Notes: generated by a model not told the origin, from the sequence alone. A stretch of 64,000 bases of DNA from Candidatus Altimarinota bacterium (GCA_963664295.1 OY760935.1:352001-416000); one strand, 5' to 3'. Positions 18,715 to 28,893 are shown, counted from the stretch's first letter. Numbers and translations are program-made.

Positions 18715-18945
18715 GTCATCCTGAGCGAGCATTTAGGCGAAGCGAAGGATCTCCCGTTGTCATTACTGTTGAATTACCCAAGGCAGTGTTTGAGCACAAT
18801 GGACAAGGAGATTGCGGGTCGTAGCCCGCAATGACAAGATAGGACTTGAGCACATGGACAAGAAGATTCTTCGCTTCATTGCGCTCAAAATGACATCCTC
18901 GTGGATTACCATGTCCTCTATTCTTGGTGTCGTCCTCATAATGAC
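18715..18945. mobile_element. Cluster of GTCAT…GATCTC / GAGAT…ATGAC palindromic REP/MITE-like elements
   Basis: gtcatcctgagcg…gcgaaggatctc, gagattgcgggtcgtagcccgcaatgac, agattcttcgcttc…ctcaaaatgac; homologous to 59538-59910 and 39861-39925. Confidence 0.8.
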
Positions 18946-18971
18946 GACTTCTTTTATTTAATTGTCACAAT

Positions 18972-19001
18972 AAAAAAGAGGCTCATACAAAGCCTCTTTT
19001 T
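18972..19001 (-). terminator. fusA terminator (bidirectional-type)
   Basis: aaaaagaggct…agcctcttttt hairpin. Confidence 0.75.
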
Positions 19002-19023
19002 AAAAACAAATTATAAATAATTC

Positions 19024-21102
19024 TTACTCAGCATTACCAGTACCTCTTGATTCTTTAATTTTTTCAGCAACATCATTAGGCACCTTAGAATAATGATCAA
19101 ACTCCATAGTATAGTTAGCACGGCCTTGAGAAAGAGAACGAAGATCAGTAGCATAACCAAACATGGAAGCCAAAGGCACTTTAGCAGTGACAACCTTAGC
19201 CTTACCTCTATCAGTCATTTCCTGAATTTGACCACGACGAGAATTGAGATCGCCAATTACATCACCCATATATTCTTCTGGAGTGACAACCTCAACTGCC
19301 ATAACTGGTTCCAAAATAACAGGATTTGCCATCTTAGCACCTTTTTGAAAGGCAATAGAAGCGGCCGCCTTAAATGCAAATTCAGAAGAATCAACATCAT
19401 GGTAAGAACCATCTTTAAGTGTCACCTTAACATCAACAACTGGATAGCCAGCAACAACACCACGAGTCATAGCTTCTTTTACACCTTTATCAACTGCAGG
19501 AATATATTCATTTGGAATACGGCCACCAACCACTTTATTAACAAATTCATAGTCTTTACCTGGTTCTTGTGGTTCAATTGTCATCAAAACATGACCATAT
19601 TGACCGCGACCACCAGTTTGTTTTGAGTATTTTTCTTCAATATCAATTGGTTTTTGAATTGTTTCTCTGTAAGCAACCTGTGGAGCACCGATATTAGCTT
19701 CAACTTTAAATTCTCTCTTCATGCGATCAACAAGTACATCAAGATGAAGCTCACCCATACCTCTAATAATTGTTTGACCTGTTTCTTCGTCAGTATGAAC
19801 ACGGAAAGTTGGATCTTCTTCAGCTAACTTCTGAAGAGCAATACCCATTTTTTCTTGATCTGCTTTTGTTTTTGGCTCAATAGCAATGGCGATAACAGGC
19901 TCTGGGAAAGTAATTTCCTCTAAAACAATTGGAGCGCCTTCTTCATTAAGAGTATCACCAGTACGACTATCTTTTAGTCCCACAATAGCGCCAATATCAC
20001 CAGCGCCAATAGTGTCAATTTCTTCACGAGAGTTAGCATGCATACGAACCAAACGACCAATTCTTTCTTTTTTATCATTAGTTGAGTTGATCACATAAGA
20101 TCCGCTTTTAAGAACACCAGAATAAACACGCACAAAACAAAGTTTTCCAATAAATGGATCAGTAGCAATTTTAAACACTACTGCAGCGAGTTTATCATCG
20201 TCAGATGGTTTTCTTTCTTCATCTTTTTCTGTTTTTGGATTAGTTCCTGTAATAGTTCCAATATCCAAAGGAGAAGGAAGATAATCATTTACTGCATCAA
20301 GCATAGCTTGTACGCCAGCATTTTTAAGTGAACTTCCACAAAGAACAAGATAAATTTCATTTTTAACTACACCTTTTCTAAGTGCTTTTTTGATTTCATC
20401 TACACTAACTTCTTCGCCACCAAGATATTTTTCCATTACTGCGTCATCAAAATCAGCAGCAGTTTCAATAATTTTTTCACGAGCAGTAGCAACTTGATCC
20501 GCCATATCAGCAGGAATATCAATGCCTTTTACATTCTCACCATGTTGACCTTCAAATGTATATGCTTTTTGCTCAATAAGATCAATAAGACCAGTAAAAT
20601 CATTTTCAGCACCAATTGGTAATTGAATAGCAATTGCTCTATCGGAAAGGCGAGTGTGAATTGATTTTAAAGACATATCAAAATCAGCCCCCATTTTGTC
20701 CATTTTATTAACAAAAGCAATACGAGGAACACGATATTTATCAGCTTGTCTCCATACTGTTTCAGATTGTGGCTCAACACCTTGAGAGCCATCAAAAACA
20801 ATCACACCACCATCAAGAACACGCAAAGAGCGCTCAACCTCAGCAGTAAAGTCCACATGCCCTGGAGTGTCAATAATATTAATTGTGCAATCTTTCCATT
20901 TACAGAAAGTAGCAGCAGAAGTAATGGTGATACCACGCTCTTTTTCTTGTTCCATCCAGTCCATTTGTGATTCACCATCATGAGTTTCGCCGATTTTATG
21001 AGTACGACCAGCATAAAATAATATGCGTTCTGTTGTCGTAGTTTTACCAGCATCAATATGGGCAATAATCCCGATATTTCTATGGTTTTGTAAGTCTTTC
21101 AT
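19024..21102 (-). CDS. fusA: Elongation factor G
   Basis: [58 protein letters not shown]. Confidence 0.98.
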   Translation of the reverse strand: MKDLQNHRNIGIIAHIDAGKTTTTERILFYAGRTHKIGETHDGESQMDWMEQEKERGITITSAATFCKWKDCTINIIDTPGHVDFTAEVERSLRVLDGGVIVFDGSQGVEPQSETVWRQADKYRVPRIAFVNKMDKMGADFDMSLKSIHTRLSDRAIAIQLPIGAENDFTGLIDLIEQKAYTFEGQHGENVKGIDIPADMADQVATAREKIIETAADFDDAVMEKYLGGEEVSVDEIKKALRKGVVKNEIYLVLCGSSLKNAGVQAMLDAVNDYLPSPLDIGTITGTNPKTEKDEERKPSDDDKLAAVVFKIATDPFIGKLCFVRVYSGVLKSGSYVINSTNDKKERIGRLVRMHANSREEIDTIGAGDIGAIVGLKDSRTGDTLNEEGAPIVLEEITFPEPVIAIAIEPKTKADQEKMGIALQKLAEEDPTFRVHTDEETGQTIIRGMGELHLDVLVDRMKREFKVEANIGAPQVAYRETIQKPIDIEEKYSKQTGGRGQYGHVLMTIEPQEPGKDYEFVNKVVGGRIPNEYIPAVDKGVKEAMTRGVVAGYPVVDVKVTLKDGSYHDVDSSEFAFKAAASIAFQKGAKMANPVILEPVMAVEVVTPEEYMGDVIGDLNSRRGQIQEMTDRGKAKVVTAKVPLASMFGYATDLRSLSQGRANYTMEFDHYSKVPNDVAEKIKESRGTGNAE

Positions 21103-21207
21103 TGTGTTTTTTCGATAAATAAAATTACTGGATTATCTTTGCACAAGATAAGTAATTTGTCGAGAGGTTTTTTTGTGCTAATATCTTGTTTGAATATTTT
21201 TAGAAAC

Positions 21208-22275
21208 ATGAATAAAAAAATAGCAATTTTAGCAGGTGACGGCATTGGTCCGGAGGTAATGGAACAAGCTGTTAGAGTGCTTAAAAAAATCGAAGAAAAA
21301 TTCGAACATAATTTTGAACTAAAAGAAGCTTTGGTTGGCGGTATAGCCATTGATAAAACCGGTGAACCATTACCAAAAGAAACAATAGAAATTTGTGAAT
21401 GGGCAGATTCTATCCTTTTTGGTTCTGTTGGTGGGCCAAAATGGGATAATCTTCCTCGTGAAAAACGCCCGGAAGTTGGCGCTCTTTTGCCTTTACGCAA
21501 ACATTTTGACCTTTTTGCAAACATTCGCCCTGCAGGTGTGCTCAAAGAGTTAGCAGACTCTTCACCATTAAAACAAAGTATAATTGGTGACGGATTTACT
21601 TTTAAAGTTATTCGTGAATTAACTGGTGGAATATATTTTGGCGAAAAAGGAGGAGACAACATAGAAGATGCCTGGGATAAAATGCGTTATACTCGGCCAG
21701 AAGTAGAGAGAATTGCTCGTCTTGGTTTTCAGATTGCAAAAAATTCTCGCAACAAATTAACCAATGTAGATAAAGCCAATGTTCTCAATGTTTCTGTTTT
21801 TTGGCGTAAAATAGTAGAAGAAATACATCAGAATGAATTTCCAGAAGTAGAACTAGAGCATTTATACATAGACAATGCAACTATGCAGATCCTCACTCGT
21901 CCACATGATTTTGATGTAATTCTTACTGGAAACATGTTTGGAGACATTCTTTCTGACGAAGCTGCTCAAGTTTCCGGCTCTATTGGTATGCAAGCTAGCG
22001 CTAGCTTAAACTCAGATAATTTTGGCTTATATGAACCGATGGGAGGAAGTGCACCAGACATCGCAGGACAAGGAATTGCTAATCCTTTGGCACAAATTGG
22101 TTGTATTGCCTTAATGCTAGAGACTTCTTTTGGCTTACTCGAAGAAGCAAGTGCTCTTAAAAAAGCTATTCTTAAAACTCTTCAAGACGGCTACAGAACA
22201 GGGGATATATATTCCGAAGGTACAAAAAAAGTAGGAACAAAAGAAATCACAGATTTAATCTTGGAAAGAATTTAG
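21208..22275 (+). CDS. leuB: 3-isopropylmalate dehydrogenase
   Basis: GDGIGPEV, GSVGGPKW, RELTGGIYFG, VDKANVL, NMFGDILSDEA, EP.GGSAPDIAG; ATG 21208. Confidence 0.95.
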   Translation: MNKKIAILAGDGIGPEVMEQAVRVLKKIEEKFEHNFELKEALVGGIAIDKTGEPLPKETIEICEWADSILFGSVGGPKWDNLPREKRPEVGALLPLRKHFDLFANIRPAGVLKELADSSPLKQSIIGDGFTFKVIRELTGGIYFGEKGGDNIEDAWDKMRYTRPEVERIARLGFQIAKNSRNKLTNVDKANVLNVSVFWRKIVEEIHQNEFPEVELEHLYIDNATMQILTRPHDFDVILTGNMFGDILSDEAAQVSGSIGMQASASLNSDNFGLYEPMGGSAPDIAGQGIANPLAQIGCIALMLETSFGLLEEASALKKAILKTLQDGYRTGDIYSEGTKKVGTKEITDLILERI

Positions 22276-24596
22276 TTTTCCTTTACTGTTTTTCCTAAAT
22301 CATCTTTACAAAAAGCACTAAATTGTTTTTTTAACTCAAAAAACATAAGCTCCCTTTCTTTTTCTAAAGGATCTTTAGTGTTTTTTATGTTTTCAAATAA
22401 ATCTCGTTGAGTACAGTCGTTTGTCTCAAAAAATTGTTCAATAAATTCAGCAACTATCAAATCTTCTTCTGTAGTCTCTCTTTCGTCATTATGCTGATTT
22501 ACAAGGTCGTTATTATAACGAATATCCATCAAAAAAGCTTGAGCAATTTCGGGGTCAAAATTCTTACCAGCACCATCAATTAAAATTTCAACAACTTTCC
22601 ACAAAGGCAATGCGCCTTCTCGATATGGTCTATGTTGATCTCTTGTAGCATCAAAAACATCACAAATAGCCATAATTCTGCCATTTAAAGGAATTTCTCT
22701 ACCTTTAGTGCAATTTGGATATCCTTTACTATCCCATCGTTCGTGATGATAAAGTGCAATTTCAGAAGCAATGTAGGCAATGCTCTCTTTGTTATCACCA
22801 GTCACTTCCATCAACATGTCATAACCTTCTTGTGGGTGTTTTTTCATTATTTCCCACTCATTACCTGTTAATTTGCCAGGCTTATTTAATATTGATTTTG
22901 ATATGCTATTTTTACCTATATCATGCGCCATAGCCGCTATTCCTATTCTGCGAGCAAATCTCTCAGAAGATCCACATTTTTGACAAAGTCGATCAACCAA
23001 AAAACGAGTTCTAGTTAAGTGTCCTGCTGTTATCTGATCTTTTCCTTCAATAACACGAACAAGACAAGAAATCATATCTTGTTGCTGTTTTTCATTCTCC
23101 TCTGCTAATTGTTCTATTTCTGTTAAAAGCTCAAAGGTTGTCATAGTTATTTGCTCATGTATTTCACTAATATTTTCTAGAGCCATTTCATTGCCTATTT
23201 TTTCTGCTAACTCACGAGCTTCTTTAATATAATCAACCGCAGTAGCAACAGAAGAAAAGCTTTTTTGATGAAGATAGTGCTTACTTATCTGCCTACAAAT
23301 TTCCAAAAAGTCTCTTGTATTATCTTCCACTATTGTTTCTTGAAAAAATCCACCATTCGCGATTTGTTCATCATAAAACTCCTTGGCTTTTTGATAACAA
23401 TATTTAATCACATTATCTATTGCTTCTTTATTAAGATTAAATATTTTTAATAACTCCTCACCATCTTGAGATAAAATAGCAACTAAAGTGTTAATAATAT
23501 TGAGTAAATTTGAATGAACATAATCTTCTGGAGAATTGAGTAATTTTTTTAACTGAGTTAAAAAATCACCATTTTCATCTAAGTCAGCAAAATGAGCAAC
23601 AGTTAAAACATCATTTTTAATATCTAAAGCTTCTTCAGGAGTAAATTCTCTTTTTTCTTTTTGAACAACACCAATACGTGCATACAAACAAGAACAAATT
23701 AGTCTAATTTTCTCATATTTTTCTTGAATACCGCCTTCTCTTTGAGACTTAAGACAGTCTTGAATAATAGCCAGTGCCATATTTGGCTTATTTACATTCA
23801 TAGCAATAACTGCAACTTTATGATTAGCATTTATTAAGTCTTGCATTAACCTTTTTTGTTCTTGCTTATCGTCTATATCTCTTGTTTTAACAGATTTATC
23901 ATTTAATTCTTGCAAAGATTCTGAAAGATTTGCCTCCGAATTATGACTTAATACAAAATCAACAAAGCGTTTTTTTATTAAAAAACTACGAATAAGTTGT
24001 ATTTTTAAACAAGTATCTGAATGTTGTTCGTCGTAATAAGTTCCGTGTTGAATAGTGCCATAATAATCACTAAGGCTTTCAAGTTCACCAATAAATTCAC
24101 CCTCACTAAGCCCCACGCTTTCATATAAAGGCTCAATAGCATGTAAAACTAATGCTTCCATTCTTTCAGGAGATATTCTTTTATAAGCATCTTCCATCAA
24201 TTCTGGCATACTGTCTATTGCTGAGATTATTTCAGGTATTCCTAAGATTAAAGTACCTTTTTCTGCAATTTCACTCATTTGTTCTCTTTTTGATGCTGAT
24301 TGTTGAATTTGTAATCTTAAATGAGCATATAAACTAATTAAATATCTTCTAAGTTCTTTTTTTTCTTCTTTATTTTTAGCTTCTATAATAGCTTTTTCTA
24401 TGTAATGAATTGCTGTATTGATTTCACCTCTTTCGTCTGCCTCAATAGCCAAAAAACGATAATAAGAAACATTCCCATAAGCCTCTTTTAATGCTGAACT
24501 AAACTCTGCTTGCATTGCATGTAAAGCAGTAATATCTGGTTGATTTTCCGGAATTTTAACAATTATCTCAGATTGCTTATCTAGTTTATTAACCAT
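22272..24596 (-). CDS. HD-GYP cyclic dinucleotide phosphodiesterase with long helical (TPR-like) N-terminal region
   Basis: KD..T.GH..R, AHDIGK, KPGKLT..EW..MK.HP..G, HHERWD.KGYP, RI.AICDVFDA…RPY, FDP; N-terminal TPR-like helices. Confidence 0.88.
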   Translation of the reverse strand: MVNKLDKQSEIIVKIPENQPDITALHAMQAEFSSALKEAYGNVSYYRFLAIEADERGEINTAIHYIEKAIIEAKNKEEKKELRRYLISLYAHLRLQIQQSASKREQMSEIAEKGTLILGIPEIISAIDSMPELMEDAYKRISPERMEALVLHAIEPLYESVGLSEGEFIGELESLSDYYGTIQHGTYYDEQHSDTCLKIQLIRSFLIKKRFVDFVLSHNSEANLSESLQELNDKSVKTRDIDDKQEQKRLMQDLINANHKVAVIAMNVNKPNMALAIIQDCLKSQREGGIQEKYEKIRLICSCLYARIGVVQKEKREFTPEEALDIKNDVLTVAHFADLDENGDFLTQLKKLLNSPEDYVHSNLLNIINTLVAILSQDGEELLKIFNLNKEAIDNVIKYCYQKAKEFYDEQIANGGFFQETIVEDNTRDFLEICRQISKHYLHQKSFSSVATAVDYIKEARELAEKIGNEMALENISEIHEQITMTTFELLTEIEQLAEENEKQQQDMISCLVRVIEGKDQITAGHLTRTRFLVDRLCQKCGSSERFARRIGIAAMAHDIGKNSISKSILNKPGKLTGNEWEIMKKHPQEGYDMLMEVTGDNKESIAYIASEIALYHHERWDSKGYPNCTKGREIPLNGRIMAICDVFDATRDQHRPYREGALPLWKVVEILIDGAGKNFDPEIAQAFLMDIRYNNDLVNQHNDERETTEEDLIVAEFIEQFFETNDCTQRDLFENIKNTKDPLEKERELMFFELKKQFSAFCKDDLGKTVKEN

Positions 24597-24671
24597 TTGT
24601 TAAAAAAGGGGATAAATAACTAAGGTATGTTTTTATATCATAAATTAATTCTTTATTATAGAAAATAATAC

Positions 24672-24700
24672 TTGACAATAATAATAAAATATTATACAAT
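24672..24700 (+). promoter_or_regulatory. Sigma70 promoter TTGACA-17-TACAAT driving two small ORFs
   Basis: ttgaca 24672-24677, tacaat 24695-24700. Confidence 0.7.
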
Positions 24701-24720
24701 ATAAACGATTTAAAAAATAC

Positions 24721-24807
24721 ATGAATCCGCCAAGCAAAACTTCAGGGTATTTCAAAAACAAAAAACAAGCTCGAAAAGTGGAACTTGGGGTTTTCTGTAT
24801 AGGCTAA
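24721..24807 (+). CDS. Putative 28-aa peptide MNPPSKTSGYFKNKKQARKVELGVFCIG
   Basis: First ATG after the consensus promoter; basic N-terminus and hydrophobic C-terminus. Confidence 0.4.
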   Translation: MNPPSKTSGYFKNKKQARKVELGVFCIG

Positions 24808-24850
24808 TTTTAAGCCAAAAAAACAAAAACAAAATTTAACCCCTAAAAAA

Positions 24851-25051
24851 ATGAGACTTGGAGTAAATGCCTTCGGAGGCAAAAAAATCCACACATGCGG
24901 TAAGGTAATCGAAGCCGCTCATCTTTTTGAAAGACCAAACAACAAACCTCCAACAAGTCCAAATGGAGTCAGAACTCTAACAAGAGAAAATTTTCAAATT
25001 CCATCTGCACAACTTGCAACAAGAGAAGGTATTTTTAATCTTGCTGCTTAA
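24851..25051 (+). CDS. Small hypothetical protein, 66 aa, ending in FNLAA
   Basis: ORF track; same transcript as the 28-aa ORF; converges on priA. Confidence 0.55.
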   Translation: MRLGVNAFGGKKIHTCGKVIEAAHLFERPNNKPPTSPNGVRTLTRENFQIPSAQLATREGIFNLAA

Positions 25052-27159
25052 TAAGTAATATCCATAGGATCAAGATCAATTATTAAATTTTGCGTATTTA
25101 ATTTCGCTAATATTTTCTCGGGATCAGAGGAATAAACAAAGATATTCACATTAAATTTACCATATTTAAAAGGGGTCAAAGGGGGAGCAGTGCAAACTGT
25201 TTCCTCTTTGTTAATTATTTTTTTTATCTTTTCTTCAATTTTTCGTGCTTTCAAAAAGGCTTTTTGCTGATTATCTTCACGAATAATTAGCTTTGCAATG
25301 CGCCTAAATGGGGGAAGTGTGAATTTTTTTCTTTCATCAATTATTCGTTTATAAAATTTTTCATAATTATTATTTACTATTTCTTGAATTATTTTTGAAT
25401 TTGGCATCAAAGTTTGCACAAGCGCTTCTCCATCATTATTTCCTCTGTTTGTTCTTCCAATTACCTGCGTAAGAATTTGAAAAGTTTTTTCTTCTGAACG
25501 AAAATCCGGCACCTGAAGCGAAGTGTCCGCTAAAACAACGCCAACAAGCCCAATTTGATCGGAGTCAAAACCTTTTGTCACTATCTGGGTACCAATTAAA
25601 ATATCTGCTGATCCTGCAAAAAATTCCTTAAAAATAGACTCAATATTGCCTTTTTTTATCGCATTATCCCGATCTGCCCTTAATATTTTTGCCATTGGAA
25701 ATTGATTTTTAATCAATTGTTCTATTTTTTGTGTACCAAAACCAAAAAAATCTAGCTTTGTACCTTGGCAAAATTCACATTTTTCCGGCATATAAAAAAC
25801 CCGCCCGCAATGATGACAAAATAAAAAATCCTGATCCTGTTTTTTGTGATGAACAAGGCTAATTTGACAATAAGGGCATTTTTGAGAACTTCCACAGTCT
25901 TTGCAAAAAGCCACCGAGTGCATACCACGCCTATTTAAAAACAAAATTATTTTCTTTTTTTTCTCCAAATTTTCACCAATTTTTTTAATTAAATCATGCG
26001 AAAGAGGGGAGTGCTTATTGCCTTTTATATCAATTATGCTTATTTTTGGCTGATTTTTCTTATTTTCTAGTTTAATTAAATCAATTTCACTATTTTTTGC
26101 TTTATAAAAAGTCTCAACTGCCGGTGTTGCACTGCTTAAAACCAATTTTGCTCCATATAAATCTGCAATTTTTTCTGCAAAATCATTAGTACGATAACGA
26201 GGAGATTGATCATTTTTATAAGAATTATCATGTTCCTCCTCAACCGCAATTAAGCCCAAATCCGCAAAAGGCAAAAAAAGCGCACTACGACTGCCTAAAA
26301 TAATTTTTACTTCATTTTTTTTTACCTTCCAATAAGCCTCAATTTTTTCCCTTTCTGTTAAGCGCGAATGAAAAACCAAAATATTTTTTGATTCAAAAAA
26401 CTCCTTATTTTTACGCAACATCTCAAAGGTAAGAGATATTTCCGGAGCAAGTATTAAAGCCTGTTTTTTGCTATCTGCAATTTCTGCAGATAAATAACGA
26501 ATTAAAAAACTTTTTCCTGTGCCTGGCTGACCAAAAAGCAATGATTTTTTGCTTTTTTTAAGACTTTCATAAGCACTTTTTTTGTTTTCATCAAGTTTGT
26601 GCTTCTTTTTAATCTCAATTTTTTGTTCTGTAAATTTTTCCTCAAAAACTTTTTTAATTATTCCTTTTTCTAAAAGGTTTTTAAGTACAGCAGAACTTGC
26701 CCCGGTTTCCTCTCGCACCTGATTTATTTCACTTACACCACTGTTTTTTAAATAATTTATTACTGTTTTTTGTTTTTCTCCTCGCAATTTTTCTTCTTTA
26801 TTTAATTTCAAAAAAGTTTTCACAGGAGCAAGTCCATCAGAATTCCAAATTTTTTGTGGAATAAAAAGGGAAATCACCCGTGAAAAACTAGTAAAATAAT
26901 ATTTACTAAGCCAATAAGCAAGCTCCAGTTGTTTTTCGGAAAGCAAAGGAGGAGTTAGTGGTCGCAAAACAGGTCTAGTCTCAAAACTAGGCTCTTTATT
27001 ATTTATATCAATAATTAAACCTTTTTTTTTGGAATTACGAAAAGGCACTTCAGCAATCTGTCCAACTTGCAAACGATCTTGCAAAGAAGTAGGTATTTTA
27101 AAAGTAAAACTATCTTTTCCAAATGACTTTTGCCGAAAACTAACCTCTGCGTAGTTCAT
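25048..27159 (-). CDS. priA: Primosomal protein N'
   Basis: VPF N-terminus, G..GTGKS, L.PEI.LT, GSRSALFLPF..LGLI..EEHD.SYK, SATP, LNRRG, four CxxC pairs, GTQ..KG.D, PDFRSEE. Confidence 0.93.
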   Translation of the reverse strand: MNYAEVSFRQKSFGKDSFTFKIPTSLQDRLQVGQIAEVPFRNSKKKGLIIDINNKEPSFETRPVLRPLTPPLLSEKQLELAYWLSKYYFTSFSRVISLFIPQKIWNSDGLAPVKTFLKLNKEEKLRGEKQKTVINYLKNSGVSEINQVREETGASSAVLKNLLEKGIIKKVFEEKFTEQKIEIKKKHKLDENKKSAYESLKKSKKSLLFGQPGTGKSFLIRYLSAEIADSKKQALILAPEISLTFEMLRKNKEFFESKNILVFHSRLTEREKIEAYWKVKKNEVKIILGSRSALFLPFADLGLIAVEEEHDNSYKNDQSPRYRTNDFAEKIADLYGAKLVLSSATPAVETFYKAKNSEIDLIKLENKKNQPKISIIDIKGNKHSPLSHDLIKKIGENLEKKKKIILFLNRRGMHSVAFCKDCGSSQKCPYCQISLVHHKKQDQDFLFCHHCGRVFYMPEKCEFCQGTKLDFFGFGTQKIEQLIKNQFPMAKILRADRDNAIKKGNIESIFKEFFAGSADILIGTQIVTKGFDSDQIGLVGVVLADTSLQVPDFRSEEKTFQILTQVIGRTNRGNNDGEALVQTLMPNSKIIQEIVNNNYEKFYKRIIDERKKFTLPPFRRIAKLIIREDNQQKAFLKARKIEEKIKKIINKEETVCTAPPLTPFKYGKFNVNIFVYSSDPEKILAKLNTQNLIIDLDPMDITY

Positions 27160-27253
27160 AACTATATTTTTGCACAAAAAAAACATAAATCCCTAAAAGC
27201 ATATTGACAAAATTAAATAAAATAATTAAATTAACTATCCGTTTTTTAAAATT

Positions 27254-27937
27254 ATGAGCGAACCAGGGAAAGAATTAGTGCCAGCAGGAGCAGAAAATGC
27301 ATTAGCGCAACTTGATCAAGTCGAACTAAAAACTCCTGAAGAATTTACACAAATAATTGCCTGTGTTCAAGGAACTGTACCAGAAGTAATAAAAGAGGGA
27401 GTAATTACTAAAATTTCAAAAAATACTTTGGGTGCTTTTGCTGAAATATTTGAAGATAATCAAATCGAAAAAACCGATGAGCCTAAAAGTGATAATAAAG
27501 ATAAAAGTGTTATAGGTTTTGGAGGACACAGACTTTTATCACCAAATCTCAAAAAATCGGATGAACCAGCACTAACATTTGGATCATTAGCAGAAATAGA
27601 CTGGCTTCCAGGAGAACTTGTTGTTTATTTTGCAGAAGAAATAAACAAATTATTAAAATCAGTTAACAGAATTGTTGAACAAGCTCAAGAAGACATTGAA
27701 GACGGAGAAGATGTTGATGTGGAAGAAATTAATGAAAAAATATTAAAAAAAATTAAAAAATTCTTTGAAAACAATTGGCAAGAAATATCAGACTTAATGA
27801 TTATTAAGAGACTAGGAAAAGAAAAAATTGCCCTAATGAATAAGGCCTTAGAAGAAGCCTGTAAAGAAAATAGTATTACACTGGGAACACTTTATGAAAG
27901 CTTCTTCCATGCCTCACTCAAGAAAAATAAAGAATAA
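27254..27937 (+). CDS. Hypothetical acidic protein (orphan)
   Basis: 227-aa ORF with TTGACA-17-TAAATT promoter at 27204-27232. Confidence 0.7.
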   Translation: MSEPGKELVPAGAENALAQLDQVELKTPEEFTQIIACVQGTVPEVIKEGVITKISKNTLGAFAEIFEDNQIEKTDEPKSDNKDKSVIGFGGHRLLSPNLKKSDEPALTFGSLAEIDWLPGELVVYFAEEINKLLKSVNRIVEQAQEDIEDGEDVDVEEINEKILKKIKKFFENNWQEISDLMIIKRLGKEKIALMNKALEEACKENSITLGTLYESFFHASLKKNKE

Positions 27938-27939
27938 TC

Positions 27940-28893
27940 TTATTCCTCCATTTTCTTCAAAAATTCAAATAAATCATCAGGCAGGGGAGCAGTAAACACT
28001 CTTTTTTTCTTTTCTCCAGGCAATGTCAGAGCCAATTTTTCTGCGTGCAAAAACATGCGAGGAATTTTTACTTCCAAAGTTTGTTCCAATTTTTTATCAT
28101 CTTTGCCTTTATTGTATTTACTATCTCCAACAATCGGATAACCAATAGAAGTCAAATGAACCCTGATTTGATGTGTTCTGCCAGTATCTATTTTTACTTT
28201 CAATAAAGCATTTTTTGCAAATTCTTTGCTAATTTCATAGTGACTTATTGCTTGTTTACCTTGTTTGTTGCCAGTTGCAATCCACATTTTTTGTCGATTG
28301 TGTGGAGCGCGAACAATTGGCGCATCTATTGTTGCAGTTTTGTGTTGCGGAATGCCATGAACAAGCGCTAAATACGACTTTTCTACCAATCTCAAAGAAA
28401 ACTGATCCGCAAGATTTAAATGAGCTTTGTCATTTTTTGCCATCACAATAACCCCAGAAGTATCTTTATCTAATCTGTGCACAACTCCCGGACGAATAAC
28501 GCCACCGACAGAAGAAAGCTTTTTGCCTTTTAAATAACCCAAAACCGCATTAACAAGAGTACCGTTTTTGTGTGTAGGATCAGGGTGCACAACCATACCC
28601 GCAGATTTATTGATAATCAACAAATCCTCATTTTCAAATAAGATATCCAAAGGAATATTTTCAGGTTCAATTTTTGTTTCCTTTGGTTCTTCTTCTGTTT
28701 CTATTATAATTTTTATGCCCATTGCTGGAATTTCTGTGCCTGCTTTAATGGCTTTTGGGCTTACTAAATCAACTTTTTGCCTTTTAATAAGAGCTTGCGC
28801 CTTGTTTCTAGAAATATCCAAACTCTCAGCAATAAAAACATCTAGTCTTTTGCCAATATCTTCCTCTTCTGTAATAAAAACTTGTTTCTGCAT
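27940..28893 (-). CDS. rluD: RluA/RluD family 23S rRNA pseudouridine synthase
   Basis: S4-like RLDVFIA, INK..G.VVHP, VHRLDKDTSG, TGRTHQIRVH, LHA. Confidence 0.88.
   Translation of the reverse strand: MQKQVFITEEEDIGKRLDVFIAESLDISRNKAQALIKRQKVDLVSPKAIKAGTEIPAMGIKIIIETEEEPKETKIEPENIPLDILFENEDLLIINKSAGMVVHPDPTHKNGTLVNAVLGYLKGKKLSSVGGVIRPGVVHRLDKDTSGVIVMAKNDKAHLNLADQFSLRLVEKSYLALVHGIPQHKTATIDAPIVRAPHNRQKMWIATGNKQGKQAISHYEISKEFAKNALLKVKIDTGRTHQIRVHLTSIGYPIVGDSKYNKGKDDKKLEQTLEVKIPRMFLHAEKLALTLPGEKKKRVFTAPLPDDLFEFLKKMEE

Noticed and set aside
24721-25051. tmRNA, suggested by the LAA-stop ending
   Set aside because: No GGGG…TTCGA 5' end and no T-arm/CCA 3' end; the stop abuts the priA stop codon
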